Assembly: GCA_022821775.1 (NCBI GenBank)
Contig: JAJECY010000307.1
Span: 1 to 60,309 of the forward strand
Length of the DNA stretch: 60,309 nt
Source: Acidobacteriota bacterium
GTDB lineage: Bacteria; Acidobacteriota; Terriglobia; Versatilivoradales; Versatilivoraceae
Direction of reading: 5' to 3'
The notes beneath the pieces were generated by a model. That model saw only the letters and a program-made list of their open reading frames with translations. It did not search any database and was not told where the DNA came from. Position 1 is the stretch's first letter, and the number at the start of each line of letters is the position of its first letter. Positions 26,684 to 36,133 of this stretch are shown here, piece by piece. The translations under genes were made by a program, and so were the position numbers.

Positions 26684-28195
26684 TCAGAACCCCTTTTCCC
26701 TGGCGAAACCGATCGCCTGCAGGATGTCGAGTCGTCCGAACCCGAAGCGGTGATCCTGTCCGGTTTCTCCCAACTCTTCAACCGATCCGGTCAGCAGGTC
26801 CTGAATCAGGAATGCACGGTTGGTGGGCGCCACCCGCTTCTTGATGGAAGTCGCGCTCAGCAGCAGCGCCATGGCGCCGGCCACATGAGGGGTGGCCATG
26901 GAGGTTCCGTTGAATGCGGCCCACTTGCCGCCCGGCACCGACGAGTAGACTGCCACCCCTGGAGCGCAGATTTCCGGCTTGGAATAGACAAGAGGCAGGT
27001 TTTCCCGGGAAACGAAGTTGGACTCCCGGATGATGTGGGTTCGACCTCCGCTGAAAGCGGCCGCGCAGTCCCGGTAGTCGGTCGCCCCCACCGAAAACGA
27101 AAGAAGATCGTTGCCGGGTGACCCGGTGATCTGCTGGCCGTCGTTTCCTATGGCGGTCACCACGGGGATTCCGGCTCTCAGCGATGTCAGAATGGCTTCC
27201 GTATAGGTGCTCGGCACTTCAGGCCCCAGGGTCAGTCCGCCCAATGACATGTTCAACACATCGACCCCGCGGTCAACGGCCCAGTCGATTGCGGCCAGAA
27301 CCTGAGCATCCGCCCCTCCCCTGGCTCCGTCCAAGGCCATGGCGACCGCCAGCTTGGCGTCCGGGGCCATGCCGATCCAGCGGCCGCTGGCCTTCCCGCC
27401 GGCAATGGTGCCGGCGACGTGGGTTCCGTGCTGAGCCGTGTCATGCGGTTGTGAATCGGGGACCTCCTCTCCGTTGGCATCGAATTCCGCCCAGTCCGCC
27501 ACCCTCCCCTGAAGGTCGGGGTGACTTGCTTCCACACCGGTGTCCAGAACCGCCACCTTGACTCCTCTTCCGCTGGCCCCGTAAGCCCCCCGGGCGGCCA
27601 GCCCTCCGACCGCATGAATCCCCCAGGCGCTGGCCTTGTTCTCCCGCACTCTCTCAGGGAGCGCTTTCAATTCCACCATGCGGGGGACACGCAGCACTCG
27701 GTTGGGATAGATATCTCCGATCAGCGGCTCCTCCACCAATCGATTCAACCGTGCCAGGTCATCCTTGGTCGTTTGCAGCACCACACATCTCGAAGTCCAG
27801 AATGACCGGACGCCGCGAGCTTTCTGCCCCAGCCCGGGCAAGCTCGAGACCAGGGGATTCACTGACCTCAGGCCCCTGGTCCGAAGAACCCTCTTGCTCA
27901 CCGGCCGGATGGCGGTGGCGGCCACTTGAGCCGCCAGACCGCCTTCGTCCCTGAGCGCTTCCCTGGCTCGATCGGAAGGGGTCTCTCGATCGGGTGGAGC
28001 CAACCGGCCCAAGTCGGCCGGCAAGACGTCCCTGGCCGTCAGCAGCAGCGCACGCCGCTGAATGGCGTTGGCAACCACCCCCAGGAGCGTCTCCTCGTCT
28101 CTGTCAGCGAGCTTCATTCGCACAATGACGCTACGGTGATTGCCGGATCCCTCGTCCAGAATCCTTTCCACCTGCCTGGCCAGTCGCTTGGGCAT
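26684..28195 (-). CDS. S8 subtilisin-like serine protease without signal peptide
   Basis: Catalytic triad VAVLDTG, HGTHVAGTIAG, NGTSMATPHVAG; oxyanion AIGND; charged N-terminus. Confidence 0.93.
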   Translation of the reverse strand: MPKRLARQVERILDEGSGNHRSVIVRMKLADRDEETLLGVVANAIQRRALLLTARDVLPADLGRLAPPDRETPSDRAREALRDEGGLAAQVAATAIRPVSKRVLRTRGLRSVNPLVSSLPGLGQKARGVRSFWTSRCVVLQTTKDDLARLNRLVEEPLIGDIYPNRVLRVPRMVELKALPERVRENKASAWGIHAVGGLAARGAYGASGRGVKVAVLDTGVEASHPDLQGRVADWAEFDANGEEVPDSQPHDTAQHGTHVAGTIAGGKASGRWIGMAPDAKLAVAMALDGARGGADAQVLAAIDWAVDRGVDVLNMSLGGLTLGPEVPSTYTEAILTSLRAGIPVVTAIGNDGQQITGSPGNDLLSFSVGATDYRDCAAAFSGGRTHIIRESNFVSRENLPLVYSKPEICAPGVAVYSSVPGGKWAAFNGTSMATPHVAGAMALLLSATSIKKRVAPTNRAFLIQDLLTGSVEELGETGQDHRFGFGRLDILQAIGFAREKGF

Positions 28196-28366
28196 TTCCC
28201 GATTCCCCCGATAGTTCTACCACGATTGCACGGACCTCACCGCACCCCTGATCCGCAATCAAATCCCGTTCGCCTGCAACTCGGCCAGCATTTTCTTTGC
28301 TCAGAGCGACGCGGCAGTCATATGGGATTGGTCTGCAAAACGGCTCGGCCTCCCTCTGCCTGCATC

Positions 28367-28880
28367 TTATCCGAGAGTCGTGCGTCCTCGGCGGCGGGCC
28401 AGCAACCGCGACAACTCCGCCATGGCCGGATGCCTGGTCGATGCGGCAGGAGGCATATTCTCAATCCGTTCCAACAATTCCGACTCCGAAAATTGCTGCG
28501 GCCAGTCCAGGTTGACCGAAATGCGTCGATCATCCATCGCGATGGCTCGAAGCGCATACAGGGCACCCACGGCAGGTGGTGTTAGCGGACCGCAACTGCC
28601 TCTGGGAACGGGTGAAATCGGAACGCGCTGAAGCACCGGAGGCCAGAGCTTCTTCCTGTTCGCGTTGGGTGAACTCGGCCCCTTCGATACGGGAAGTGCC
28701 GGCTGCTTCCAACCGCAACTGTTCCTCGTGGACCTGCTCGATCCATTGAGGCAGGTATGGCATCCGATTCAGAACGCCGGCGGCGGTTTTGGCCTGGACC
28801 AGCAGGTCCAGAAGCGTCACGGCATCGTAACGAATCCACTGTTGCGGGAGGACATAGCGGCTGACACTATCTGGGGTCAT
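28367..28880 (-). pseudogene. Broken Fic-family gene (N-terminus plus a possible out-of-frame C-terminal piece)
   Basis: LEAAGTSRIEGAEFT matches the Fic N-terminal E-A-x-x-(S/T)-S-x-I-E-G motif; no HPFxDGNGR core; the ORF ends after 116 aa and a second frame continues to 28367. Confidence 0.6.
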
Positions 28881-29189
28881 TTGGAACTCATTTTAGTCTC
28901 ATTTATGGTTTAGTTCCAGTTCTGTTCTCTCTATCCCATTGTATTTAAAACTCTTATATCGTTAATGTGCTGCTTCAGTTGTATGTCATTTTCAGTTCAT
29001 TTTGAGAACGTGTCGAGTCCGTTCACAGATCGGGTCCGTCCGGCAGCCATAATGGCGGAGCTACCACACATTTGGAATTGGGAAGTGAAAAGCTTGAGGT
29101 CCGGCGTCACACCGCATGATGCCGAAGGAAACTGAGAACCGGCTAATCGAAGGCAGGGAGACTTGCGGAACCGGCAGCCCTCATAGTAC

Positions 29190-30110
29190 TCAGCAGGCCG
29201 TCAACCAGTGGCGGTACTCGGGCAACTCCCCCCGGGTGGCTTGCAGGTAGGTATTGCGTATGGCCAGGGTCAGCTCGCCGGCCTTCCCTTTGCCTAAAGG
29301 AAAGCGGTCAATCGACAGGATGGGGGCAACCTCCAGGCCGCTGCCGCAGACGAAGGCCTCGTCGGCCACGTAGAACTCGGTGCGGTCGACCTCCCGCTCG
29401 ATCACCTTCACCCCGTGCACCTCGCGAAACAGTTGCATCAGGGTGGCCCGGGTGATGCTCTCCAGGATGTCGCTGGAGACGGTGGGCGTCACCACCTGTC
29501 CCCCGCGGCAGAGGAAGACGCACCCCCTGGGCTCCTCGGCGACCTTGCCGGCCGCGTTGAGCAGCAGGGCGCTGTCATAGCCGTCCAGGCGGGCTTGCAG
29601 CAGCGAGAGGCGGGCGTTCTGGTAGTTGGCCGCGCACTTGACTCTCGGGGGAATGGAGTTGTCCGAGATCCGCTGCCAGGCGCTGATGCAGGCGTGAATT
29701 CCCAACTCCTTTCCCTCGAACCATCCCCCCTTGGGGGTCACGATGACGGCGTGGCTGACCGGTCCGGTCACGAAGGCCTCGCCCGGTCCGTCCACGTAGA
29801 CGATCTGCCGAATGTGGGCAGTGGCCTGCACCCGGTTGGATCGCAGCGCGCGCACCACGGCGGCGCTGTAGTCGCCGGCGGCCAGGGTCGTATCCATCCG
29901 CATGACCCGGACCGATTGTTCCAGGCGCCTGGAGTGGTCATCCAGCCGGAAGACGCTCAGTTGCCGGGTCTGCTCGTTCCAGTAGGCGCGCAGTCCTTCA
30001 AAAACCATGGCCCCATACTTGAAGGCCACGGTGTCCAGCGGAATCACCGCCTCGCTCTTCTCCACCAGGCGGTCGTTCAGCAGCACTTTGGGAACGGAAG
30101 ATTCGTCCAT
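29190..30110 (-). CDS. Class IV PLP aminotransferase (branched-chain amino acid transaminase-like)
   Basis: YGAMVFEGLRAY, FRLDDHSRRL, PRVKCAANY, ILESITR, ADEAFVCGS. Confidence 0.9.
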   Translation of the reverse strand: MDESSVPKVLLNDRLVEKSEAVIPLDTVAFKYGAMVFEGLRAYWNEQTRQLSVFRLDDHSRRLEQSVRVMRMDTTLAAGDYSAAVVRALRSNRVQATAHIRQIVYVDGPGEAFVTGPVSHAVIVTPKGGWFEGKELGIHACISAWQRISDNSIPPRVKCAANYQNARLSLLQARLDGYDSALLLNAAGKVAEEPRGCVFLCRGGQVVTPTVSSDILESITRATLMQLFREVHGVKVIEREVDRTEFYVADEAFVCGSGLEVAPILSIDRFPLGKGKAGELTLAIRNTYLQATRGELPEYRHWLTAC

Positions 30111-30183
30111 CGTTGCAGAAGAATGCTTTGGGGATTGCCGATCTTTGGTCGGCGTCCGGTGGCGCCCTCGCCCTCTGGCGCCT

Positions 30184-31521
30184 TCAGATCAGCTCTTTGA
30201 TGGGAACCCCGGTGGCGTCGCCGATGGAGTTGGCGATCTTGATCGGCCGGCCGATGGGGGTCATGTAGGTCTTTTCCCAGTCGATGCCCAGGGCCTTGTA
30301 AAGGGTGGCGAACAGGTCCCCGATGGTGACCTGCCGATCGGCCACGTAGCCTCCCTGCTCGTCGCTGGCGCCCACCGCCTGGCCTCCGGCAATGCCGCCG
30401 CCGCCCAGCACCACCGACCAGCACTGGGGCCAGTGATCGCGCCCGTTGCCCGGGTTCACCTGCGGGCCCCGGCCGAACTCTCCCATGGCGATCACCAGGG
30501 TGGTCGGGAGCAGCCCTCGCTGGTCCAGGTCCTCCAGCAGGGCCGAGAAAGTCTGATCGAAGGGCGGAACCAGGATGTCCCGGTGCCGCCGGTCGTTGTC
30601 ACTGTGAGTGTCCCACTCGTTGTACTTGTATCCGGCAGCCGTCACGAAGCGGCTCCCCGCCTCCACCAGCCGCCGGGCCAGCAGGGCACTCTGGCCGAAT
30701 CCGTGCAGCCCGTAGGTCTCCCTGGTCCTGGTGGACTCCCTGGAGAGATCGAATGCGTCCTTGACCGCGGGGTTCAACACCATCTTGAGGGCCTGTTGGG
30801 TGAAAGTGTCCATGCGCCCCGATTCGGCCTTCTGCACCTTGTCCCGGTAGACCTTCTCCACAACCTTGCGAAAGGCGAGCCGATCCTGCAGGCGCTCCGG
30901 AGTGATCGATTTGGGCAGCCGCAGGTCGGGAACCTCGAAGTCGGGTTGGCTGGGGTCGGGAAGCACCATGGGGTCGTACTGGTTGCCCACAAAGGCGGCC
31001 CCGAAATGGTCGATGAAAAAGGTGTCGTTGCCGGTGTCCGGCTGCAGCACGTAGGGCGGCAAATTGTTCCTCGGACCCAATTCCTTGGCCACGATCGAGC
31101 CCAGGCTGGGAAACCGCATGGCCGGGTTGGGCAGGTGGCCGGTGGCCGCGTAGTGGGTGGCCTGGGGGTGGTTGTTCTCCAGTGTGTGGAGGGAACGGAT
31201 GATGGCCAGCTTGTCCATGTGCCCGGCGGTCTTGGGCAGCAGCTCGGAAACCTGGATTCCGGCCACGTTGGTGGCGATGGGCCTGAATGAGCTGTTGGGC
31301 TTGGGGTCCCACATGTCGATTTGGCTGGGCCCCCCTTCCAGCCACAACAGGATGCAGGCCTGGGCCTTGCCCCCGGCCGTTGCCGGCGTGCCGCCCAAGG
31401 CCTGCTGAAGCCTAAGGAACTGGCTCAGGCTCACGCCCAGCAGGCTCAGCGACCCCACTCGCAGGAAGTCCCGCCGCCGCAGAATCGGGTCGTCACTTGC
31501 CAAACACCCTATGTTTCGCAT
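30184..31521 (-). CDS. DUF1501 family protein (Tat-exported)
   Basis: RRRDFLRVG Tat motif, WLEGGPSQIDMWDPKP, ARRLVEAGSRFV, WDTH, MGEFGR, GRDHWP. Confidence 0.92.
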   Translation of the reverse strand: MRNIGCLASDDPILRRRDFLRVGSLSLLGVSLSQFLRLQQALGGTPATAGGKAQACILLWLEGGPSQIDMWDPKPNSSFRPIATNVAGIQVSELLPKTAGHMDKLAIIRSLHTLENNHPQATHYAATGHLPNPAMRFPSLGSIVAKELGPRNNLPPYVLQPDTGNDTFFIDHFGAAFVGNQYDPMVLPDPSQPDFEVPDLRLPKSITPERLQDRLAFRKVVEKVYRDKVQKAESGRMDTFTQQALKMVLNPAVKDAFDLSRESTRTRETYGLHGFGQSALLARRLVEAGSRFVTAAGYKYNEWDTHSDNDRRHRDILVPPFDQTFSALLEDLDQRGLLPTTLVIAMGEFGRGPQVNPGNGRDHWPQCWSVVLGGGGIAGGQAVGASDEQGGYVADRQVTIGDLFATLYKALGIDWEKTYMTPIGRPIKIANSIGDATGVPIKELI

Positions 31522-31605
31522 GGGTGCAACCTCCTCCCGTTTCCGGCCGCTCCACCCCGGCTTCCGGCGCCGGGGCAGCCACCAATGAAAGTCTACCGGA
31601 AACCC

Positions 31606-34149
31606 TCAATGGTTATGGTAAAACTCCGGGGAATTCAACAACCCCCACAACAGATCCTCCAGGGCCTGGCGGCGCGAGGGGTGCCGTTCGACCATCGCTT
31701 CCAGTTGTTCCCGTTCCTCCTCCCCGGGAAAGCGCACCAGCGCTCTCAGGTAGAGTTCCTCGATGATCTCCCGGTCCGAGCCACCCCCGCCGATCAAGCG
31801 ATCGATGATGCCCCCCTCCCGGGCCAGGTGTTCGGTAAAGGTCGTCCCGGCCAGGCTGTGCAGGGCCCTGCTCAGGTTGGGACGCGGCCGCTTCTCCGGA
31901 AGCATGGAGCGGGGGGCCTTGCCGTAGTTGTCCAGAATCCGGGAGCGGAAGACGTCGGGCAGCTTGACGTTGATGGCCCGGGTGCCTGGGGGCAGCCTGC
32001 CCTCTCCGTCGCCGTAGCTCTCCTGCTCCAGGATCAGGGGAACCCCCGTCACCGAGGCGATGGCATCGAACAGCACCTCGGCATCCAGGGCCCGCGGCAG
32101 CGCATGAGAGTAGTGGGTGCGGTCCTCCCGGTTGGTCCGGTTGGGCCGGCTGCTGAGCTGGTAGGTCCTGGAGGCGACGATGGTCCGGATCATGCGGCGA
32201 AGGTCATGGTCGTGTTCCCGGAAGTCCTTCGCCAGGGCCGCCAGCAGCCTGGGATGGGTCGGGGGATTGGCCGCGCGGAAATCGTCGACCGGCTCCACGA
32301 TGCCTCGCCCGAAAAAGTAGCTCCATATCCGATTGACCGCTGCCTCGGCGAAATAGGGATGCTCGGTGATCCACTCGGCCAGCTCGACCCGCGGGTCGGC
32401 GCGGTCCGTCTCCGGAAGAAGGGAGCCGTTCAGGAAGGCCGGGAACACCTCCTTCCGGGTGCGTGGGTGGAGCACTTTCCGGCTCCTGCCCTTGACGAAC
32501 AGGTCCACCTCCTGGCCGGTCGGGTCCTCGAAGATGACCGTGCCGACCTCCTCCCCCCGGCCTCCCACCAGGTTCATGCGCCCGAAGAATGCGGCCAGCC
32601 CCCAGAACTGATCCTGGCTCCAGGCCTCGAAGGGGTGGTTGTGGCACTCGGCGCAGTCCAGCCGGCGCCCCAGGAAGACCCTGACCTCTTCGGCCATCTT
32701 GTTTTGCGGATAGCGCACCTCCCCATTGGGCAGGAAGTGCCTGGAAGGCGCGCTGTAGCCGATGGCGGCAATGCGTTCGCGGGCCACCCGGTCGTAGGGG
32801 GTGTTGCCGGCGACATGGCCGCGAATCCACTCCCAGTAGGCCTCGGTCCACTGCAGGTTGATCCCGTTCTCGAAGAGAGCCACCCGGAACAACTGGGACA
32901 ACCGATAGGTCCAATAGTCCGTGAACTCGGGGGTCTGCAGGAGCGTATCGACCAGCTTCTCCCTCTTGGCCGGGTCGCTGCTGGTCAAAAACTCCCGGGT
33001 CCTTCGGGGCGGCGGCAGCGTGCCGGTCAAGTCCAGGCAAACCCGACGCACGAATTCGGCGTCGCCGGAAAGCTCGGAGGGAATCCGATGCAGCCGGCTC
33101 AGCTTGTCGAACACCAGGCGGTCGACGAAGTTGTGGGAGGGAACGCGGGGATATCGGGCCAGGGTCTCCTCGATGACGCTGACCCGGGCGGTGGCGGAAT
33201 GGCCTGCCGTGCGAACGGTTACGAAGGTTTCTCCGGGACGCAATCCCCGCAGCCGGCCTTCCGGTTCGACCTCGGCCACGTCGCTGTTGTCGGACAGGTA
33301 GCGCACCTGGCTGGTGAGGTCCCGGCGGGTCCCGTTCTCGAGCAGCGCGCTGACCAGCAACTGCTGCCCGCCTCCCACCTCCAGCACCGCCTCGGCCGGG
33401 TAGACCTCGATGGTCCTGACCCCGGGGCTGGAGGCCGGGGCCGGCTGAAAAGGCGCTCCCTCCTTCACCCACCGCAGCAGCGTGCGGTAGTCTTCCGATT
33501 CCGGCGGCAACCGCAGCCCACCCTGATGGGGCTCGGCCAGGGCCGGCTTTCTCAGCAGCAGGCTCTTTTCGGGTTCTTCCCGATCGATCCGAGGAATCTC
33601 GGTCCCGGGATCGGGCGACAGGACCTGGTAGGTCCCCCCCTTGACGATCCAGCGGTAGTCCTCCTCCGGGTAGATGCCATAGAGCGACAGCTTGAATCCG
33701 CCTCTTCCCTTCACCCCTCCATGGCAATGGGTGTCGTTGCAGCCCCGACGGGTCAATATCCTTTCGACATCCCAGGCAAAGCTCAGGGGAGGCCTGTCAG
33801 CCGTGCCATTCACCCGGAGCCGCACCGTGGCCGACCGAGCTCCCAAGCGAGCCGTCACGTCGGTGACACCCTCGGCCAGGGCCTCGACACTCCCCCCGGG
33901 AGAGACTGCCGCCACACCGGCATCGGAGAATTCCCACCGGATGAGCGAGGTCACATCCCGCTCCAACCGGTCGCTATAGCTGCCCATCACCAGGAGCTGG
34001 CGGGTTGCCCCCGCTCCCTCCAACTCCACCGCCTCGGGCACGATCCGGACCGACAGCAACTCCGGTTGGGCAGTGTCGGCCCCGAGCGCAATGGATCCGG
34101 CGGCGACCAGGGTCCCCAACCACAGGACAGAACTGTAGATTGGCTTCAT
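31606..34149 (-). CDS. DUF1549/DUF1553 (Planctomycete-type cytochrome-like) protein with two Ig-like domains
   Basis: Signal peptide; two ERDVT/RRDLT Ig-like units; GCNDTHCHG; FVRRVCLDLTG; CAECHNHPF; VNRIW...GRGIVEPVDD; THPRLL; SPEFYHNH. Confidence 0.88.
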   Translation of the reverse strand: MKPIYSSVLWLGTLVAAGSIALGADTAQPELLSVRIVPEAVELEGAGATRQLLVMGSYSDRLERDVTSLIRWEFSDAGVAAVSPGGSVEALAEGVTDVTARLGARSATVRLRVNGTADRPPLSFAWDVERILTRRGCNDTHCHGGVKGRGGFKLSLYGIYPEEDYRWIVKGGTYQVLSPDPGTEIPRIDREEPEKSLLLRKPALAEPHQGGLRLPPESEDYRTLLRWVKEGAPFQPAPASSPGVRTIEVYPAEAVLEVGGGQQLLVSALLENGTRRDLTSQVRYLSDNSDVAEVEPEGRLRGLRPGETFVTVRTAGHSATARVSVIEETLARYPRVPSHNFVDRLVFDKLSRLHRIPSELSGDAEFVRRVCLDLTGTLPPPRRTREFLTSSDPAKREKLVDTLLQTPEFTDYWTYRLSQLFRVALFENGINLQWTEAYWEWIRGHVAGNTPYDRVARERIAAIGYSAPSRHFLPNGEVRYPQNKMAEEVRVFLGRRLDCAECHNHPFEAWSQDQFWGLAAFFGRMNLVGGRGEEVGTVIFEDPTGQEVDLFVKGRSRKVLHPRTRKEVFPAFLNGSLLPETDRADPRVELAEWITEHPYFAEAAVNRIWSYFFGRGIVEPVDDFRAANPPTHPRLLAALAKDFREHDHDLRRMIRTIVASRTYQLSSRPNRTNREDRTHYSHALPRALDAEVLFDAIASVTGVPLILEQESYGDGEGRLPPGTRAINVKLPDVFRSRILDNYGKAPRSMLPEKRPRPNLSRALHSLAGTTFTEHLAREGGIIDRLIGGGGSDREIIEELYLRALVRFPGEEEREQLEAMVERHPSRRQALEDLLWGLLNSPEFYHNH

Positions 34150-34156
34150 TTGAAGG

Positions 34157-36049
34157 TCACTCTCCCAACACCATCACCAACAGTTCGCCGGCTGCGATCG
34201 CCTCACCCACTTTGCCTCCGACCACGGGACGGGCGCTGAGTCGGACCCGCGCCGGCATCCGGGTGGAGGGCGCCCCGGGGGCCGCCACCAGCAGCACGGT
34301 GGTCGTCTGGTTCCTAGGCACGAACCGCTCCTTGTGAATTTCCGGAAGAGGGGGCTCCTTGTGGGGCTCGACCTCGGCGCCCGGCAAAAACCGCACCCGG
34401 CTGGGCAGGCCGGCGGCGCTGAAGAGGATGTCGCCGCCGAAACCTTCCTCCTGATCGGAGAGAATGGTGACTTTTTTGGCCTGCCCCGGGCGCAGGTTCA
34501 CCACCTCCGGCGTGGCCTCGATCCGGCCCACGTGGGGAACCTGGGGTCGCAGCAGCAGGCGGTAGCGGAAAGCCGGCTCCCCCAATCTCGGGGTGATGTC
34601 GCGCACCTGCAGCTTGTAGAGGCCGGCCCTGTCGAAGGTATAGAGGGTCTTGGCCTGGATGAGCCGCACCCAGTCGTCGCCGTCACCCGCGATCTTTCTG
34701 AAATAGTTGGTCAACACTTCCCGGCCGTCCCCATCCAGCACGGCCACCCGGGGATTGAATCGGGGCGGGGCGGCCTCGGGCGTCTCCAGCTCCAGGGCCA
34801 GAGAGGTGCCGGACTTCACTTCGAACCGGAACCAGTCCACGTCTCCGGGACTCTGGATGGCTCCTTCCAGAAGCTGAGGCGGAAGAATCGGGGCGGCCTG
34901 CTCCGCCAGGTCGTTGGGCTCCGCTTCGCTCAACAATCCGCTCGCGGCGCCTTTGGCAGACGCCGCTCTCTCGGGCGAAGCGCCCGAGCCGGAGGATGGG
35001 CCGGTCGAGCCTGCGCCGGCCGCGGCTTGCGGGCTTCCGTTCTCGCGGGCCTTCCCGGCCGGGACGGCTCGCGATTCCAGCCAGTCCAGCCGGGATAGGT
35101 CCAGCTTTCGACGAAACGGCTGCTCGATTTCCGCCAGGGCCGATGGAGGGATGAGAGCAACCTCCGGCGCCCCGGGGCCTGCCGGCTCGGAAGTCGCCAC
35201 CCGGAGCTGGTAGAAGAAATCGGGTCCTCCCACGCCCAGGTTGGAACTGACCTCGACCAGGTAACGCCCGGAGTCCCGGCACTGGTGGGTGATTCGGGAC
35301 CGCGGAGAAAACAATAGCCGCTCGGGCCGCTCCGGGTCGAACCAACTGCCGCCTTCCTTGTAGAGCGTCAGGCGAACCCCGTCGAACTTGGTGACGGTGG
35401 TGTTGGAGAGGGCCTGGATAACCAGCCTGTCGCCGCTTGAAGCCTCGAAGGAGTAGAAGTCGACCTCGCCGTGCCGGCTCAGCCTGCCGTTGAGCAGGGT
35501 CGGGATCTCAAGGGACTGGGCTTGGGCCGGACGACCATGCGGCCCGGGAGCCTCCAGGCTGACCGGCTCGTCCACCACCACCATCCCCAGGGCGTTGGAA
35601 ACCCCGGCCGGAGTGACCAACCGGAGTTCGTGCTTCCCCAGCGGCGCTTCCGATGCCACCTGAACCCGCAATGACACCCTCTGCCCCTGAACCCACAGCT
35701 TCCGCGCCCGCAGGTTTTTCTTCTCCCGGAACTGCATGCCCTCGATCCGGGCGACCTGGCCGCTCAGACCCCCGGTCGCGAACCACACTGCATAGCATTT
35801 TTCGAGGTCCTTGCCCCGGACCTCCAACTCGAGTACCCTTCCCCGCTGTACACTGACCGGAAACAGGGAGCGCAACTCCGGCGCCCCGGGCTCGGCGGGC
35901 GGCGCCTCGGCGGCCCGCGTGCCTCGATCGGGCGCCAAAGCGAAACACAGCACCCACCCCGCCAGAGCCACCACCCGTTTTCGGGTACCCCAAGAGCACT
36001 TGGAATGGGTGGGATCGGCGAAGGATTGGCGGCGGGGGAGTACGAGCAC
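34157..36049 (-). CDS. Secreted PPC (pre-peptidase C-terminal)-domain protein of the DUF1501/DUF1553 cluster (start uncertain)
   Basis: SLFPVSVQRG, LRLVTPAGVSN, GEVDFYSF, EAEPND, GDVDWFRF, YRLLL. Confidence 0.72.
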   Translation of the reverse strand: MLVLPRRQSFADPTHSKCSWGTRKRVVALAGWVLCFALAPDRGTRAAEAPPAEPGAPELRSLFPVSVQRGRVLELEVRGKDLEKCYAVWFATGGLSGQVARIEGMQFREKKNLRARKLWVQGQRVSLRVQVASEAPLGKHELRLVTPAGVSNALGMVVVDEPVSLEAPGPHGRPAQAQSLEIPTLLNGRLSRHGEVDFYSFEASSGDRLVIQALSNTTVTKFDGVRLTLYKEGGSWFDPERPERLLFSPRSRITHQCRDSGRYLVEVSSNLGVGGPDFFYQLRVATSEPAGPGAPEVALIPPSALAEIEQPFRRKLDLSRLDWLESRAVPAGKARENGSPQAAAGAGSTGPSSGSGASPERAASAKGAASGLLSEAEPNDLAEQAAPILPPQLLEGAIQSPGDVDWFRFEVKSGTSLALELETPEAAPPRFNPRVAVLDGDGREVLTNYFRKIAGDGDDWVRLIQAKTLYTFDRAGLYKLQVRDITPRLGEPAFRYRLLLRPQVPHVGRIEATPEVVNLRPGQAKKVTILSDQEEGFGGDILFSAAGLPSRVRFLPGAEVEPHKEPPLPEIHKERFVPRNQTTTVLLVAAPGAPSTRMPARVRLSARPVVGGKVGEAIAAGELLVMVLGE

Positions 36050-36133
36050 CGGCAGCTCCCAGTCAGCGCATTGGGCGGGAAACGCAACCTATAATCTACC
36101 TTGAGGCTCCGCCGGGGGTCAAGGAGAGTGCCC

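Noticed and set aside
29053-29060. tggcggag as an att-site copy of the tRNA-Ser 3' end
   Set aside because: Only 8 bp and in inverted orientation; expected by chance.
31321-34239. Long antisense ORFs (972 aa here; also 12349-14481, 45150-47231, 36119-37942, 54277-56184)
   Set aside because: Shadow frames typical of high-GC coding DNA, opposite well-supported genes and without recognisable motifs.
36050-36133. Glycine riboswitch upstream of the AGCS symporter
   Set aside because: The divergent gap is short and no complete aptamer consensus is recognisable.
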